A stretch of DNA of 58,132 nt from contig JBJCIZ010000669.1 in the NCBI GenBank assembly GCA_051294375.1, forward strand, positions 1 to 58,132, given 5' to 3'. Both the position numbers and the translations under genes were made by a program. Under the pieces are notes generated by a model. It worked only from the letters and a program-made list of their open reading frames with translations, was not told the DNA's origin and ran no database searches. Below are positions 1-13,245 of this stretch, one piece after another (the first letter of the stretch is position 1; each line of letters opens with the position of its first letter). Source of the DNA: Paraspadella gotoi (Eukaryota; Animalia; Chaetognatha).

Positions 1-544
1 CTTCTATAATACAAATATCATAACCAAATATTAATTAGATGTACGCTCTCAGCAGCAATGGAACGGGTTTGCCCCACGGTGTTTTACGGCGGTCCGCACA
101 TCTCTTTCAGGGTAGGCACCATTAGAATTGATCCTGGTACTGAACGGTCATAAGCTGAGGGCTTTACTCACCAAGTCCCCAGGTACAACTGAAAGTCAAT
201 GCCTTACTAAAAGTATTAATGCCTAAAAATCATTTTTTGCGACAGGAAGAATCCGCATTTGATGTTTTCCAAAAAAAGAAATATACCTGGTATCGGATCT
301 TTCTAATTATTTTATTTGAATTGCCAATTGTGTTAAGGTACGATTATAGGACTTCACTTCGACATCAATATTTTTATCGTCCATTAACTTTTCCATTTTA
401 TTCAAAATTGGCAAACAGATTAAATTAAATTGTCCGTTTTTTTTATCATTCAATGTAGAATTTTAGAAAACATTTATATCTGCTTTCCAATTTCTCAATT
501 ATTATAAATAATAATATTAATGATTCATCATTTATACGAAGAAG

Positions 545-1158
545 ATGAGTACTCTAATTTTTTCTATAGTATTCTGAAGAAATTAAATAATACGCATTTT
601 GAAAAACTTTCGTTATATTTCTCGTATAAATGAAAATAGTTACATTCTTTTTTGGAGCACTCACCGAAGACCTTATTGGCCCTAATGGATATTTGAAATT
701 ATTTCCAATTGTCCTCGAAACATTCAGTGCTAATATTAAGTATGGGCCAAAATGATATTAGTCATTTAATCAAATCTTATGATGAATTGCCATCAGTAAT
801 AGCTGCAACTTTATCATCAAAAATTCAGACATTAGTTTGCAATATTGTTAAAAAATTTTCCCATTTGAAAATTTTTATTATTCCTCTTTGTTTACGAAAA
901 GTTAATTTGTATAAGACTAGCCGATTTCCAGAATCAATGAATAATTATTATATTCATGATGTGAATGAAGTCATAAGAAGAATCAATGCTATGAATTTAA
1001 CGTGCGATTGTCATTTAAATAACATTTTCAAAGTAGCCCCAGACATATTTAATACAGAAACAAATTTTGTTGGCATGGATGGGTTACATTTGAACCCCTC
1101 GGGGCTTGATGTTTTAGTAAATGCTTTACTTGAGAGTTTAATAAAAATCTGTAAATGA
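545..1158 (+). pseudogene. SGNH/GDSL hydrolase-like ORF, frameshifted, probably a mobile-element esterase domain
   Basis: ORF 709..1158 has 'ILSMGQND' (block III GxND) and 'DGLHLN' (block V DxxH). ATG 545 reads MSTLIFS and then SILKK after a 1-nt shift, which resembles the block I GDS/SDS motif. No introns seen. Confidence 0.6.
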
Positions 1159-4100
1159 AACTTATTATTTACATTTCATGAAATGATTAAAATTGGTAAA
1201 ACTGATATAAAAATTATCTATTCATTTAATATTCAAAACTACCTTCTTTCCACAACTTTAGCGGCGAAATATATTTTCTATAGTAGTTTTGCCATCACGA
1301 TGATGATACGACACACTGAATTTAATATGATGAGATAGCTCAAACTTGTTTGTTATTAAAATTTTAATGCTGAAAAAATGGGAATTTTATTAGCATGCTT
1401 CATATTATTTCAATAATATCATTTTGAAATTTTTTAATTTAATGGGTATCTTCCGTCAGTTGTTCTTATAAACAATTTTTAAAAAGTTTTTGATATGAGT
1501 AAATCATTATAAATTTTTTTTTATGAAAAGCCTGGGGAGCAAGACATCTTAATGACAGCTGGTGTTCAGGTCTTTAGACCTGCGGTGACCACCCTTGTCA
1601 CTGGCATGTTTATAACCCGTACCATCACACTTAACAAGCGTATCCATGAGGGAGCGGGAGGCCAATTTAGGATTCGCGGCATCAGCGTTGGCCCCTACCG
1701 AATTCAAATGAAAATCGTTCTCCGGGTGTGGCCTGGTCTACGTCAAGTCAAACCAGCCATCATTAATGGGAATAGCTTGCCAACGCCAACAAAACCACGA
1801 GGGCACAAGGCAATACCAGAACTAGTGGTACGACAGCATAATCAGATAATTTCGGGACTGCTGCCATAAAATTCCATTATTAAATAAAATGGTGAGGATG
1901 TGATATGCAACAATACATATTTTAAAAAAAGTAAATATTCTGGGAAGTATTTTCCTCCCCCGTCAGGACAGTGGGCGTGGCCGATCGCCGCCAACTCCTT
2001 TCGTCTCCTTGTAAATCTCTGCTCCCAGATGAGGACTTGGAGCCCAAACTTTCAAACCCAAGATGGCTGATCCCAAACAAGACAGCAAAGGGCTTGGTGG
2101 CAATCTTCCCTGTAAATAATCCTGAGTTTCTTGAATAATGAATATTGACAATATTATTGTTGATTTTTTTTTCTGTTTCCTTTGATTTTGAATATAAATT
2201 GTTTTTGCCTCTCTCTTCTTGAAAAAAATCTTTAATATTTCTGTTTTAAAATGAGAGTCAGCTGAAATACAGTAATATTACAGATTTAACTAATATATTA
2301 ACTGGAGAATCAGTATCAAATGTCCAAATGATCGTAGAATGGAACAATAAATTATTAAAGGTTAGTTTTAGTTTTTTATGTTTTTTACTAGCAGTACATT
2401 AATTTGTTAACGATGTTTGTTGAATATGGTAAATAAATGTCGTTCTTTAATGCGAGCATCACTAAATCCACGTAAGTCAGTGTCCTCATTAAATATTAGC
2501 AATATTGTTAAAATATATCTTAATAATTATAATTTAACGGAATCGAAACTGGCCGTCTGTTTGTGAAGCAGATCTTTTTTACTCCGGCGTTTTTCTTTCG
2601 GCGGAATCGTTACTATGCGGAGTGCGTCCTTGATGTCCTCTCGAGGGACTCTAGTAGCCCGACGAGCAAATTGAAGACGCCGTCTGAACCGAGGATGGTG
2701 GCGGGCGGCCCTTCAGGGTGAACGGCGCGAAAGCGAGCGGCAACGTCGACGGCGGCGAGATAAGGTTTAAAGGCAAACAATGTCAGTAAGAAATAACAGA
2801 AAACGCTAAAATAATCACTTTCTTTACCTATTCTCTTCCTTTATCTTTCAATTTCATTTTTTCCAATTTAATTAATATCATTTTAATCTAAAACCTAATT
2901 TAGTTTAATTGTTATTTTTCAAGTTTAATTATGCCATGCAATCGGAATCAATCGACACGGCTCGTTTCCCGATGGCAATGAAGCTCTCTTCTCATTGGTC
3001 CATTTCGATGATGATTTCATCAATAGAGTCCTCCGGATTTTTTTGCTATTTGGACCGGAACGCGGATTTCGGGTTTACCGTCGATTCCGTTCGGAACTAA
3101 TGATTAGTACTACGGTAGTTGCAACATCTTATGTAGCCCAGCTTTTTCGCTCGTAACAACGAAAAGTTGATCCCCCGGAACGCGGCTTTTTTTGGTTCGT
3201 TTTTTGGCGATTATCTTTTGAAGCCGCGTTGGACGCGATTTTAATGAAATTTTAAACTAAGAAACCTTGAAGGGAATTTTGCTATCGATCGATACCAAAA
3301 TTTATCAAAACGAGTCACGGGAAATAAAAGATAGTGGTCTTGCCTAAGCAGTGTGGATACTGGATAGTGTGCTAAAGATTTTTTATCCATATCTTTTGTG
3401 CCCCCTCAGCAGAAATGGAATAGGTCCTAAGCTTTGAACCAGGCTCCAAATATTTGTCATTACTTTAATTATAAGGGAAATATTTAAAATGATATAAATA
3501 TCAAATAAGTTAATATATAATCATGAATAAGTGTTTTGAATAAATAAATTAATAACAAAATGAGAAATCATCTTAATGTATTTTTAGAATCCTGTTAAAA
3601 ACCTTTTAGGTAAGAATTTATTTGAATGATTTGCATAAAAAGAGTTTCCCACAAAAAAGCAGAAAAGCGATAAAAACATGAAAATTCAGAAAATTCAAGA
3701 TACTGATATAATTTCAAGGTTATTAGAATTCTTTTTTTACCTGAATTTAGATTTATTTATTTTATATTATATTTTTAATTTCCAAGAATTAATTTAAAAA
3801 ATAATTTTTATCAAAAATTAAAAATTTATTTTGTTATATCTCATATTTATTTACTTATTAACATTTAATTATAAGTATTATAAAGGTTTTTTAAATAAAA
3901 CTTAAAATTTAAGTAAAACGGCCTGAATGGCCCATGTTTAAATATGAGAATAGTGTAAAGGGAAGCCAAATAAAAAAAAATACTATTAAAATAAAGTTAA
4001 TAAACAAATTTTAAATTAAATTTAGTCAATAATTAATAATATTATTAATTATTAAAAAATTAATAAAATTGTCAGAATTAAATATTAAATAGTATTATGA

Positions 4101-5194
4101 TACTAAAATCAAAAATTTTGATCTTAAAAATTATCTAAAATATATTGATTAAAATCGATTTATCTTTAAAGTGACTATAAAATTATTATGTTTCAATACC
4201 ACAAAAAGGGGATTGTAACTCTATCATTTGATCGATATCGAGTTTTATTCCGGTCAATTTTTTTTTGTTTTTTAATGGTTCCAATTTGATAAGAGCAGAC
4301 AAAGAAAAAACAAATAAGAAGAAAGTCGTTAAGAGAGATCTCGTGTGGTTATTGGATTTTTGGTAGATCTAGCTAATTACCCCTAAACTAAACCTTCTAA
4401 CCCTAACCACCCTTGAATCCTAAACCAACCCTAATACCCTTAAATAAGGTAGTAAATTAAACTTTTTAAAAATAAATATATTTTAAAATACAGAACAGTT
4501 TCGGCTAGAATTTTGAATGGAAAATTATTCTTTTGATTGGCTGCTTATGAATCTCTAAATAAAGGAAGTTGTTTTAAATGAAAAAAAGACACCTTTAAAT
4601 AAAAATATTTATTTTTATTCTTGCGAAATGTAAATGTTCCAAGCAACTACAATTAAAAATGATAAAACCTCCACAATCCAAATCTACAAATAACAGAACG
4701 ATAGCCCTATTTTAGATAAAAAAATATATTTAAAAACCTTAGAAAAAAGAAATGCAAAAAAAAACAACAAAAAACAGGAAACATTTAGCAGCACACAGTT
4801 TGACACGATAATGAACGAAAGAACAACAAACGATCAGTTTACATATGATCACATAAACGAAAAAGGACAAAGAGACAACGAATCGATGAGTCAACAACGG
4901 AAGTTGAGTGGTGCGCCGAAGGGCGTTGAGCTTCGGCGTGGGTGGGTGGAGCTTACGGCCATTACTGCGTTGGCGATCTCCAAAGACAATTTCCTCCGGT
5001 GAGAAAAGGTAAAAAAAAAGTTGGCGTGCCGTTTTGATGAGCCGGCGGGAAGAGAGAGAGGGAGAGAAGAACAGAAGAGTTAGGGAGAGAGAGAAANNNN
5101 NNNNNNNNNNNNNNNNNNNNNTTCTGCCTTACAATAATTAAGCGTTAATCTGCTAATCAGATGATTAAATCACAATATTTTTTTATATTTTTTT

Positions 5195-5560
5195 TAACTC
5201 GTATCATTTTTTAACTCGCAATCATTTGTTTCACTTGCATCATTTTTTCAGACGACATAATTTTTATTACTCATATTTTTTAAATTTACATCATTTTTAC
5301 AATTCGCATCATTTTTCAATCTTGTTGCAATCATTTTTTCTCACGCCTTGGACATTTTTTCAACATTCATTTCAATTTACTTTTTCTATCAATTGCATCA
5401 TTTTTCACTTGCAATCATTTTCAACTGCAGAATCTTCAACTTGCATAATAACTGCTATTTTTTCAAACTTTGCAAATCATTTTCACTTGGCTAATCTCTC
5501 TCTTGCATTAATTTTTTCAACTTTGCATAATTTTTAAATTGTATCATTTTTTTCAAATTA
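5195..5560. repeat. Degenerate ~17-18 bp minisatellite (ttttcaacttgcatca-like)
   Basis: Tandem units; reverse complement of the array at 46400-46645. Confidence 0.6.
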
Positions 5561-5639
5561 ATTAATTAATTAATAATTAAACATTTTATTAGTAATCATA
5601 ATAAAATCTTAAAAGCAATTGTGATCGAGCCTGCTTTTG

Positions 5640-5870
5640 ATGTAACCAAATATTGATGCGGATGATACCAAATATTGATGCGATGATAACCAAAGGATTG
5701 ATGCGATTGATAACCAATGATGGATTTGCGATGATTAACATTCATTGATGCGATGATAATATTCATTGATGTGATATAGTACTTCATTTGATCGGTGATT
5801 AATCATTCATTGATGCGATTGTTAGTCATTCATTGATGCGCATGAAGTCATTCATTGACGCGATGAGTTA
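5640..5870. repeat. Degenerate minisatellite (cattgatgcgatgata-like)
   Basis: The attgatgcgat core recurs at ~18-20 bp spacing. Confidence 0.6.
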
Positions 5871-7019
5871 ATTAGAGAGGAGAGAAAGACGAGAGAGAGA
5901 GAGAGACAGAGAGTGATTGAGAGAGAAATATAGAGATAGGATAAGCTCTGACGAACAAAGCCCAGAGGTTTTTTTAATATATTCTTATACCGCCAAGTAA
6001 GAATGATGGCAATATTGTTAATATTAGTTTCAAAAAAATCCTACCAAAATATAGAAATATTTAACCAAAATCTTCGGAAAATCCACCCCTTCTTTGGAAG
6101 ATTTTCGCCATAGAAGATTTTTCCCGAATCTGACTCCGTTGAAAACCTCTTAGAATTCCGGATCGTTAGCTCCTCTTTTACTTTTTACTTTAAATAAAAA
6201 TTTTTCACCAAAATGGACTAATTCACTTCCCATGATCGTATCATATCAAATAACCAAATAAAATGTAAAGAAAATTTGAGAGCCCTCAACATAGGCTATT
6301 TGATTCATGAATTTGAACAGTTTATTGATCACAACATATGTTAACATGCGTTACATTGTATGAAGTTGAGAAATCCCTTTTTCTTATATATAAAAATTGC
6401 GTCGAAAATATTTTCGAGCCGGACCAGTCCATTGAATCTGATGGTTGATGTTCAAAATTATGGTTATTGTCAGATGAAAAAAAATGCGAGCCCTTTCAAA
6501 TGCCAACAAAGGACTCGGAATGAATAGAGTGTTTTAACATCATTTTTTTACCTGAATTTTTCCCAGGGGCGTTGCACATATTATTTGGTAGTCAGATTTT
6601 AACGAAAACTCCATTGAAAAAGTCTTCCTCGATTTCTAAGAACGGGACGTAGACTCTCAATAGAAGAGAATAATAAATATTAATAAAAGTTTTTAGAAGG
6701 AAAAAATAAAATCCACAAAAATCTCTGGAAATTTAAAATTGGGATTTTGAATAAGAAAAAAGTGGCGTGATTAAAAATTAAAATTGTTTTATGTAGAGTG
6801 TGATTAAGCATTCAATTAACTTTCTATTTTTTTCAATTGGAAAATAAGACTTAGTCTTTGTTCATCTAGTTCAAAATGAGTTTGAAAACCTCAATTTTTT
6901 GCATATTATTGAAAAGGAATGAGATTGATATTGATTGTATGAGAAAAAAAATAAATGGGCGATAATAAAAGTTTTTAGAAAGGAAAGGAATAATAAGAAT
7001 TTTTCAAAAAACTACGAAC

Positions 7020-7213
7020 GATCGTACAGAGAGAGAGAGGAGAGATCTGAGGTGAGAAGAGCACCGAGGAAAGAGCGGCGACAACGGCCGACCCGGCCTG
7101 CAGAGCCGGAAACTCGTTTACTCGTTTACTCGTCAGTCGCCTAGTAACGGTTGGGTTGAAAAAAAAAATTTAAAAAAAAAGGATAGAGAGAGAGAGAGAA
7201 AGAGAGAGAAAGA

Positions 7214-7244
<31 letters not shown>

Positions 7245-7700
7245 TTAGATGGACGAGAGACGAGAGAGAGAGCCGGAACGTTACTCGTCCCCTGTGAATA
7301 CTTTTTTTTTTGTTTAAAAAAGAGAAGAGAGAGAGAGAGAGAGATGCCGAGAAGAGGGAATAGAATTACTGGGATAAGGAAGGTGAGAGAAGGATAGAGA
7401 GAGAGAGCCCGGAGAGAGAGAGAGAGATGGAGAACGAGACGAGAGAGATGGGAGGAGAAGAGGAGAGCCTGAACTCGTTTTATTTAAACAGATTCAGAAA
7501 AAGCGCAGCTGCTATTCAAAATATATATTTTATTTAACAAGAAAAAAATAATCAGAATTTTCAAACACGAGACGAATCACGCAAGAGATCGTATCAGCAC
7601 GAGACGGGACAACCCACACAGAGAGAGACTTGGAACTCGTTTTGTATAAACGATTCAGAAAAGGCCAGCGCCTAAAAAAATATATAATTAAAAAATACTC
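7020..7700. repeat. Complex tandem repeat of ~170-200 bp units with (GA)n and a 'gccggaactcgttt' motif
   Basis: Motif recurs near 7104, 7272, 7467 and 7631; 'aaac(a)gattcagaaaa' recurs near 7487 and 7648. Confidence 0.5.
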
Positions 7701-8539
7701 ACAGAAAGGACCAAAAAGAACAGGTTCAATGGTTACACATTGAAATCTTTCCCAACTCATAGGTTGTTTACCGATTCTATTTTCATCTCATTTTTATTTG
7801 TATTAAAATTCAAGTAAATGTGACTCATAAAAATAGAGCTGACGTGATCCAAAATCTAAAAGGTAATATGCCTAAATTTGATCATTGACCTATAATGTTC
7901 TCGTTGAAAAAATACTATAAATACTTAAAACAGATTTTTAGAGCATTGTCTATGGCTGACTCCCTATAGCCCTTAAAAGCGAACAAAATATTATTCTGCT
8001 ATTATTTTAATTTATGCATCAAACATGTTACAAATATAAATGGAGTTTGAGAACCACAGGTGTTTTGAAGAAATGGTCGAGGTACGTTAATTTATTGGCG
8101 CACTTTAAAAACTAGAAGATCTTCGGGTTGAAAATGACGGTTTGACAAGTTGATTGGCAGCTTGTACAAGATGGTTGAATGACCCAAAAGGAGGTTTGAG
8201 ATGGAATTGGCGGTGACGTCATGGGCGACAATCGGAGTTCCTGAAGAGAAAAAAGAGGGAGAAAAGAAGATGTATTGGAAAAGAGAACAAAATAATAGAG
8301 AAAAGTGAGAAAAGTGAGAAAAAGAAAAAATAGAAGGGGTAATAAAGATAGAGTATAATATAAAAAATTAAAACTATTAAAAAATTGATAGAAATATCAT
8401 ATTAATAGAGATGAGCATCGTTCGAATCGAAGCTCCCGATTCAAGATTCCTTTATATTTCACTTCTATTCAAAACTACATAGTCAAGGCCAAAACAAAAT
8501 TATGTCAAATATGGGCAGATTTCGAAAGCTTGGCGCTCT

Positions 8540-8850
8540 TGGGAAGCCAATGGAGGTAGAGCGCGATTCGAAAATTCTCATTTTATCATGCCCGACAAAA
8601 TGGTATTTAAATGGACTGCGTCAGGCCGTTTTTTCCCTATTCCAAGAAAACCTCCTGGCTCTTTGAGTAAAAAAGACTAAATCATACATATTTAGTACGC
8701 TTTCCGAAACCTTTCTGTTCTTCTCTAACATGAGTGAAAAAGCTAGACATAAACCTTGCAATCTGCAACTCTTACTTGACTAAAGCATCAGAATGAACTG
8801 GTTTTTCTTACGGTGTGAAAACATGCATGGTCAAGCCGTTCATTTTGTTT
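8540..8850 (+). mobile_element. Interspersed repeat (MITE-like); second copy at 45985-46200
   Basis: 'aagccaatggaggtagagcgcgat...gtcaggccgttttttccc...gtcaagcc' is shared with 45985-46200. Confidence 0.6.
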
Positions 8851-10368
8851 CAAAGTTTTGGACACACAATTGATAGAAACTGTAATTTGTCTATTGATCT
8901 TTACTATTCAAATAGGCTAGACGCCGGGGGCCTATAATTCAAAGCGGTTTTTCTTCATATAGCAAATCAAAAAAAATGCTAATTAAAAACTCAGTTCAAA
9001 AGAACAAAATGCTCGTACACAGCAGTGTTGCTGTGTGCGATTGGTCCCAAATGCCTAGAAAAATAATTTTTTATAAGTTTTTGACTGGGATTATTATGAC
9101 CTGAATACTATAGAAAAGTAATTGTATGATAAAAGCTATAATACGTATAATTCATTAAAAAAGTAAAGTTCTTTTTAGTTCAGATCTGAAGAAAATGGGT
9201 AAGTAACTATATATTAAGAAACATAGTATATGTATAAAAAATAAATAGTTTTATAATAAAAATTAGTTAATTGTTTTTTAAACGGTGCCCCGCAACGTTT
9301 TGTTTAGTCATTGGGTGATGACGATTAAAAAAAAAATAGTGAAGATCTGATTAAATAAAATTGTTAATTTTAAAGGTGAAGAATATAAGGTTAATCGACT
9401 TATTAACATATAATAAATCAAGAAAAATTGGTAATTATTTTGTATATTTAATAATAATCAATGAACAATACATGAAGGTAGAATACGAAATCAGACCAAT
9501 AATAAAGTAACAATAATAATAATAAATAAAAATATTAATCCATTTTATTTTTTAATTTTATTTTTTTAATTATAATCATTATTATTATCATTATTATTAT
9601 TATTATTATTTTTATTTTATTATTATTATATAATCTGATAATAATATATATTTTATTTTATTTATTTAAAATTATAAAAAATTATGTTTTAATTATTTTA
9701 ATATTTAAATAAATTTTTAAAAAATAATTTTTATAATTAATATATAATAAAGGAAAGTTGATCGGTTTGAAGAGCGATTTTTGCGATTGCTTTTTGGCGA
9801 TTACTTTTGAACAGATTGTCGGATTATGATGAAATTATGCATGTAGATAATGTTTGCAATTGTCTATCGAACGCTACCAAATTTGATATAAAACAATGAG
9901 TTGTTTAGAAACGATGCTAATCCCCAATATTAACAGATAAATATTAAAAAAAAAATGTTAAAACAAAAAGAAAATAAATAAATAAAAAATATAATAAAAA
10001 AGAAAAAACTAAATAAATAAATATTGTGATAATAAGGTTTATGAGAATTATTCAGTTCCCACCCTTTCATAAAAGTTAAAACCTATTAAAAATACATCAT
10101 ATAAAAATCGAAGGATCACCATTTGGCTGATGGTTTTCAACGGATGACGTTTCTATTTTCCTTAAAGCGAAACTAACTACGATCGAAAAATATGACCATA
10201 AAATGAATAAGCCTAAAAGTGGTCAAGATATCTTTAGCACCCCCCCTTTTTGTTCGGCCTTGTAGATATTATGAGTTTCTCATTAATGATTTTCCAACAG
10301 GAATGATGTAGGATATTTAATAGATTAAGACAGTTTGGTTAATTTGCAACAGCAATTTTATTTTGAAA

Positions 10369-10410
10369 GACGAACATGTTTCAGCTTAGTTTCAAGCCTT
10401 CTTCAGCGTC
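10369..10410 (-). ncRNA. Minimal type I hammerhead ribozyme motif (PLE pseudo-LTR)
   Basis: Minus strand reads gacg-CTGAAGA-aggctt gaaact aagct-GAAA-CATG-TT-cgtc; stem I gacg/cgtc, palindromic helix III. Confidence 0.75.
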
Positions 10411-10600
10411 AAAAATGCTTTGTGAAATGATCACAAATTTCTTACAGAAGAAAGGGAGAGAGAGAGAGGGCAAAGTTTCCAACAGAGTTTAGAAAGGACA
10501 GTGGTCAGTGGTGAAAATAGGCTAACGGTAAGGCCAGACAGATTTTAGTTTTTGAAAAAGCAAAGAATTTTGAATTTTTAACAACGATTTTTAATTAATA

Positions 10601-10645
10601 GTTGGACATGTTTCGGCTTGTTTACTTCAAGCCTTCATCAGTGTA
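10601..10645 (-). ncRNA. Hammerhead ribozyme motif with poor stem I
   Basis: Minus strand reads CTGATGA-aggcttg aagtaaa caagcc-GAAA-CATG-TC. Confidence 0.6.
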
Positions 10646-12886
10646 ATGAACTAAGTTCGGAGAAGTGGCTGTCTTTGAATTCTACAACTTGGACTGGGAC
10701 TATCTGCGCATTCAAAACCCAGATGAAATCGGTTATACGCTTGGCATGAAGAGACGATGGTCCGTGCAAGACGCCCTGGAGATGACGACGAAAGTCTCGG
10801 TAGGATGACGATCTACGAAGCCCAGGACTTGACGAAAAGTCTGTAGTAAGTAAATAGAAGTTAGAAGTTCCTGGGGCAAAGAATAAGCAAAACATTTGTA
10901 CAAGAATCATGTATAAGATTTAAAGAGTCTTTCTTACTTGTTTCTGTTCTGAAGCCAAAAGAGTAGCTTCTCTACAATAGAGATTCACAAAAAAAAAAGA
11001 TTCGCGATATGATATCTGATAGAGTCAATATAAGCTCTGAAAAAGAACTAAAGAACCAGTTAGAACTTTGAAATCTGAAGATGGCCACGTGACGCAGAAT
11101 TCGATAGATCTTAATCGAAATCTATCGAATCAGCGGGCACCAATCAGAATTGAGCTGCTTACACTGCCTTCGTAATTCTGTACTTAAGTAGAAACAAAAG
11201 AGAGAAGCGCTAAAGATGTGCCGTGTCGATCGCCTAGAACGGTGGCATTTTCGATGTCAGTAATAAAGAGCAAAAGAGCAACGGGGAAAAAGGTAGAGAG
11301 AGCTGGATTTCGTTCGTCATATTAGAGATAGTCTATTTCGTAACAATCAGCATATGACATTCAATAATAAATTTTGTGTAAAAGAGAGTGTGAGAGAGAG
11401 AGAGAGAAAGAGAGAGAGAGGGTAAAAGTTTTTCCAACAAAGTGGTGAGACAGAATAGTGGTCAGATGTGAGGACAGGTTGAAGGTGAGGGCAGATTGAG
11501 TGAGTTGTGAAAGAAGTGAAACTTGTTAAGAGAGAGGAGAGAGAAGTGAGAGAGAGAGAGAGAAACGAAAAACAACAGAGATAAAATAATAATAAAGATA
11601 CATTTTTGCAATGTAACAAAGCTTAAAGGATATCTTAAGTGAAATTGAAATATGAAAGAAAGTAGCTTTATAGTTTTAGTTGATAATTAGGAGATTAAGA
11701 AAGTGAAATTCAAGGGAAAGAAAGAGCTCAAAATGAGCTGGACTCCCTTGTTTTGTGCAATTGAAGGACTAGGACGATGAAGACGGGTCATTGGCGTGTC
11801 AGTGGCTGAGAAGAGAGTACGACCGAACTACTGAATGCCGCATTGGGAAGCGATCCTTGCGGAAAGATTCCCAGGGCCACTCTTATGTCTCTTTGGCCTG
11901 ATACGCCTGCCGGCTGCCCTCTTCTTGCCTGCTGACGAGGTTTTTGAAAAGAAATGAAATGGTCAATTGGGGAGAGAGAGAGACAGGGAGAGAGAAGATA
12001 GGTATTAGAGAGGCCATCTACATCAAAGCTCTCGAGCCCTCTTTGAACCGTGATGGAGGACGATTCGACCTACCTCCAAGCTATGATTCCCTTATTAAGA
12101 GCATGGTGGAGGCCCCGCCACCACCACGACCGCACAATGATTCCCCCGTCTCCACTCAACGAGACAGGCGGAGACCTTCGCGCAGGCAATGGGCAGGCGA
12201 TGCCTCTCCCTCAACTGTAGCAACTCAATCCCTCCCTTTGTGGAATGAGAGCTGCCCCAAAACGACGACTACAGAAGGAGCGAGAAGAGGAAAGCTGGCA
12301 GGCGTATCAGGCCAAAGAGACATTTGAGTAGCACTGGGAATCTTCCCTCAAGGAAGCCTACCTAATCCAGCAATAACATTCTCAGTCGAACTGTCCTCTC
12401 AGCCAATGACACATCAATGACCCGGCCTCATCACCCCAGCCTCTCATTTGCTAAAGCCAAGGGGGCCAGCTCATTTTGAGCTCTTTCTTAACTCTTAATC
12501 TTTCACTTCACTAATTACTTTGCTTTCCCTCACCAAATGTATTTTCATTTTCTTTAATTTTTCATTTTCCTCAATTATTTATTATTAGCTAATTGTTAAT
12601 GTTTAACTTAGTATACAAATATTTTTCATTGTTGTACATTAAAAATGTATTATTATTATCTTCTCTCTCCCTGACAGGGACCCTGTCTCTCTCTCTCTCC
12701 CTCTCTCTCTCGCCACAATTGACCATTTCATTTCTTTTCAAAAACTAAAATCTGTCTGGTCTTACCCTTAGCCTATTCTCACCACTGACCACTGTCCTTT
12801 CTTAACTCTGTGTTGGAAACTTTGCCCTCTCTCTCTCTCTCCCTTTCTTCTGTAAGAAATTTGTGATCATTTCACAAAGCATTTTT

Positions 12887-12928
12887 GATGCTGAAGAAGG
12901 CTTGAAACTAAGCCGAAACATGTTCGTC
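12887..12928 (+). ncRNA. Minimal type I hammerhead ribozyme motif
   Basis: gatg-CTGAAGA-aggctt gaaact aagcc-GAAA-CATG-TT-cgtc. Confidence 0.8.
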
Positions 12929-13039
12929 TTTCAAAATAAAATTGTCTTTCTTAATCTACAAACACAGCAAAACAGAAAGGATTTACTCATTATGATATTT
13001 AATAGAAAACTGGAACAGCATGTAATCTAACATTAGAGG

Positions 13040-13175
13040 TTATGGATTAGGGTTAGGTTAGTGATTAGGGTTAGGAAATAAGATTTAGGGTTTGCGTTTA
13101 AGGTAAAAGATTAGGTTAAATTAGATTAAAGATTAGGTTATGGTTAAGAATTAAGGTAGGGGATTAGGGTTATAA
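13040..13175. repeat. Degenerate TTAGGG-like tract (similar tracts at 4380-4440, 19140-19200, 29345-29420)
   Basis: Repeated ttaggg/ttaggtt words. Confidence 0.5.
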
Positions 13176-13245
13176 GTTTTATAACAAATTCAGTTTAAAT
13201 ATTAAGGTTTTGTGATTAAACTTTCTTTTGTTGTGTTTTTAGATA

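Larger units (their letters stand above)
10340..12975. mobile_element. Cluster of 5'-truncated Penelope-like element (PLE) 3' ends in inverted arrangement
   Basis: 12001 onward encodes GIREAIYIKALEPSLNRDGGRFDLPPSYD (GIY-YIG C-terminus). 10355-10560 is an inverted copy of 12735-12945; 11720-11935 is a diverged inverted copy of 12280-12490; hammerhead motifs lie at both ends. Confidence 0.8.

Noticed and set aside
90-125. Tyrosine recombinase 'HSFRxG'-like motif (HISFRVG)
   Set aside because: Too short, with no other recombinase motifs in frame.
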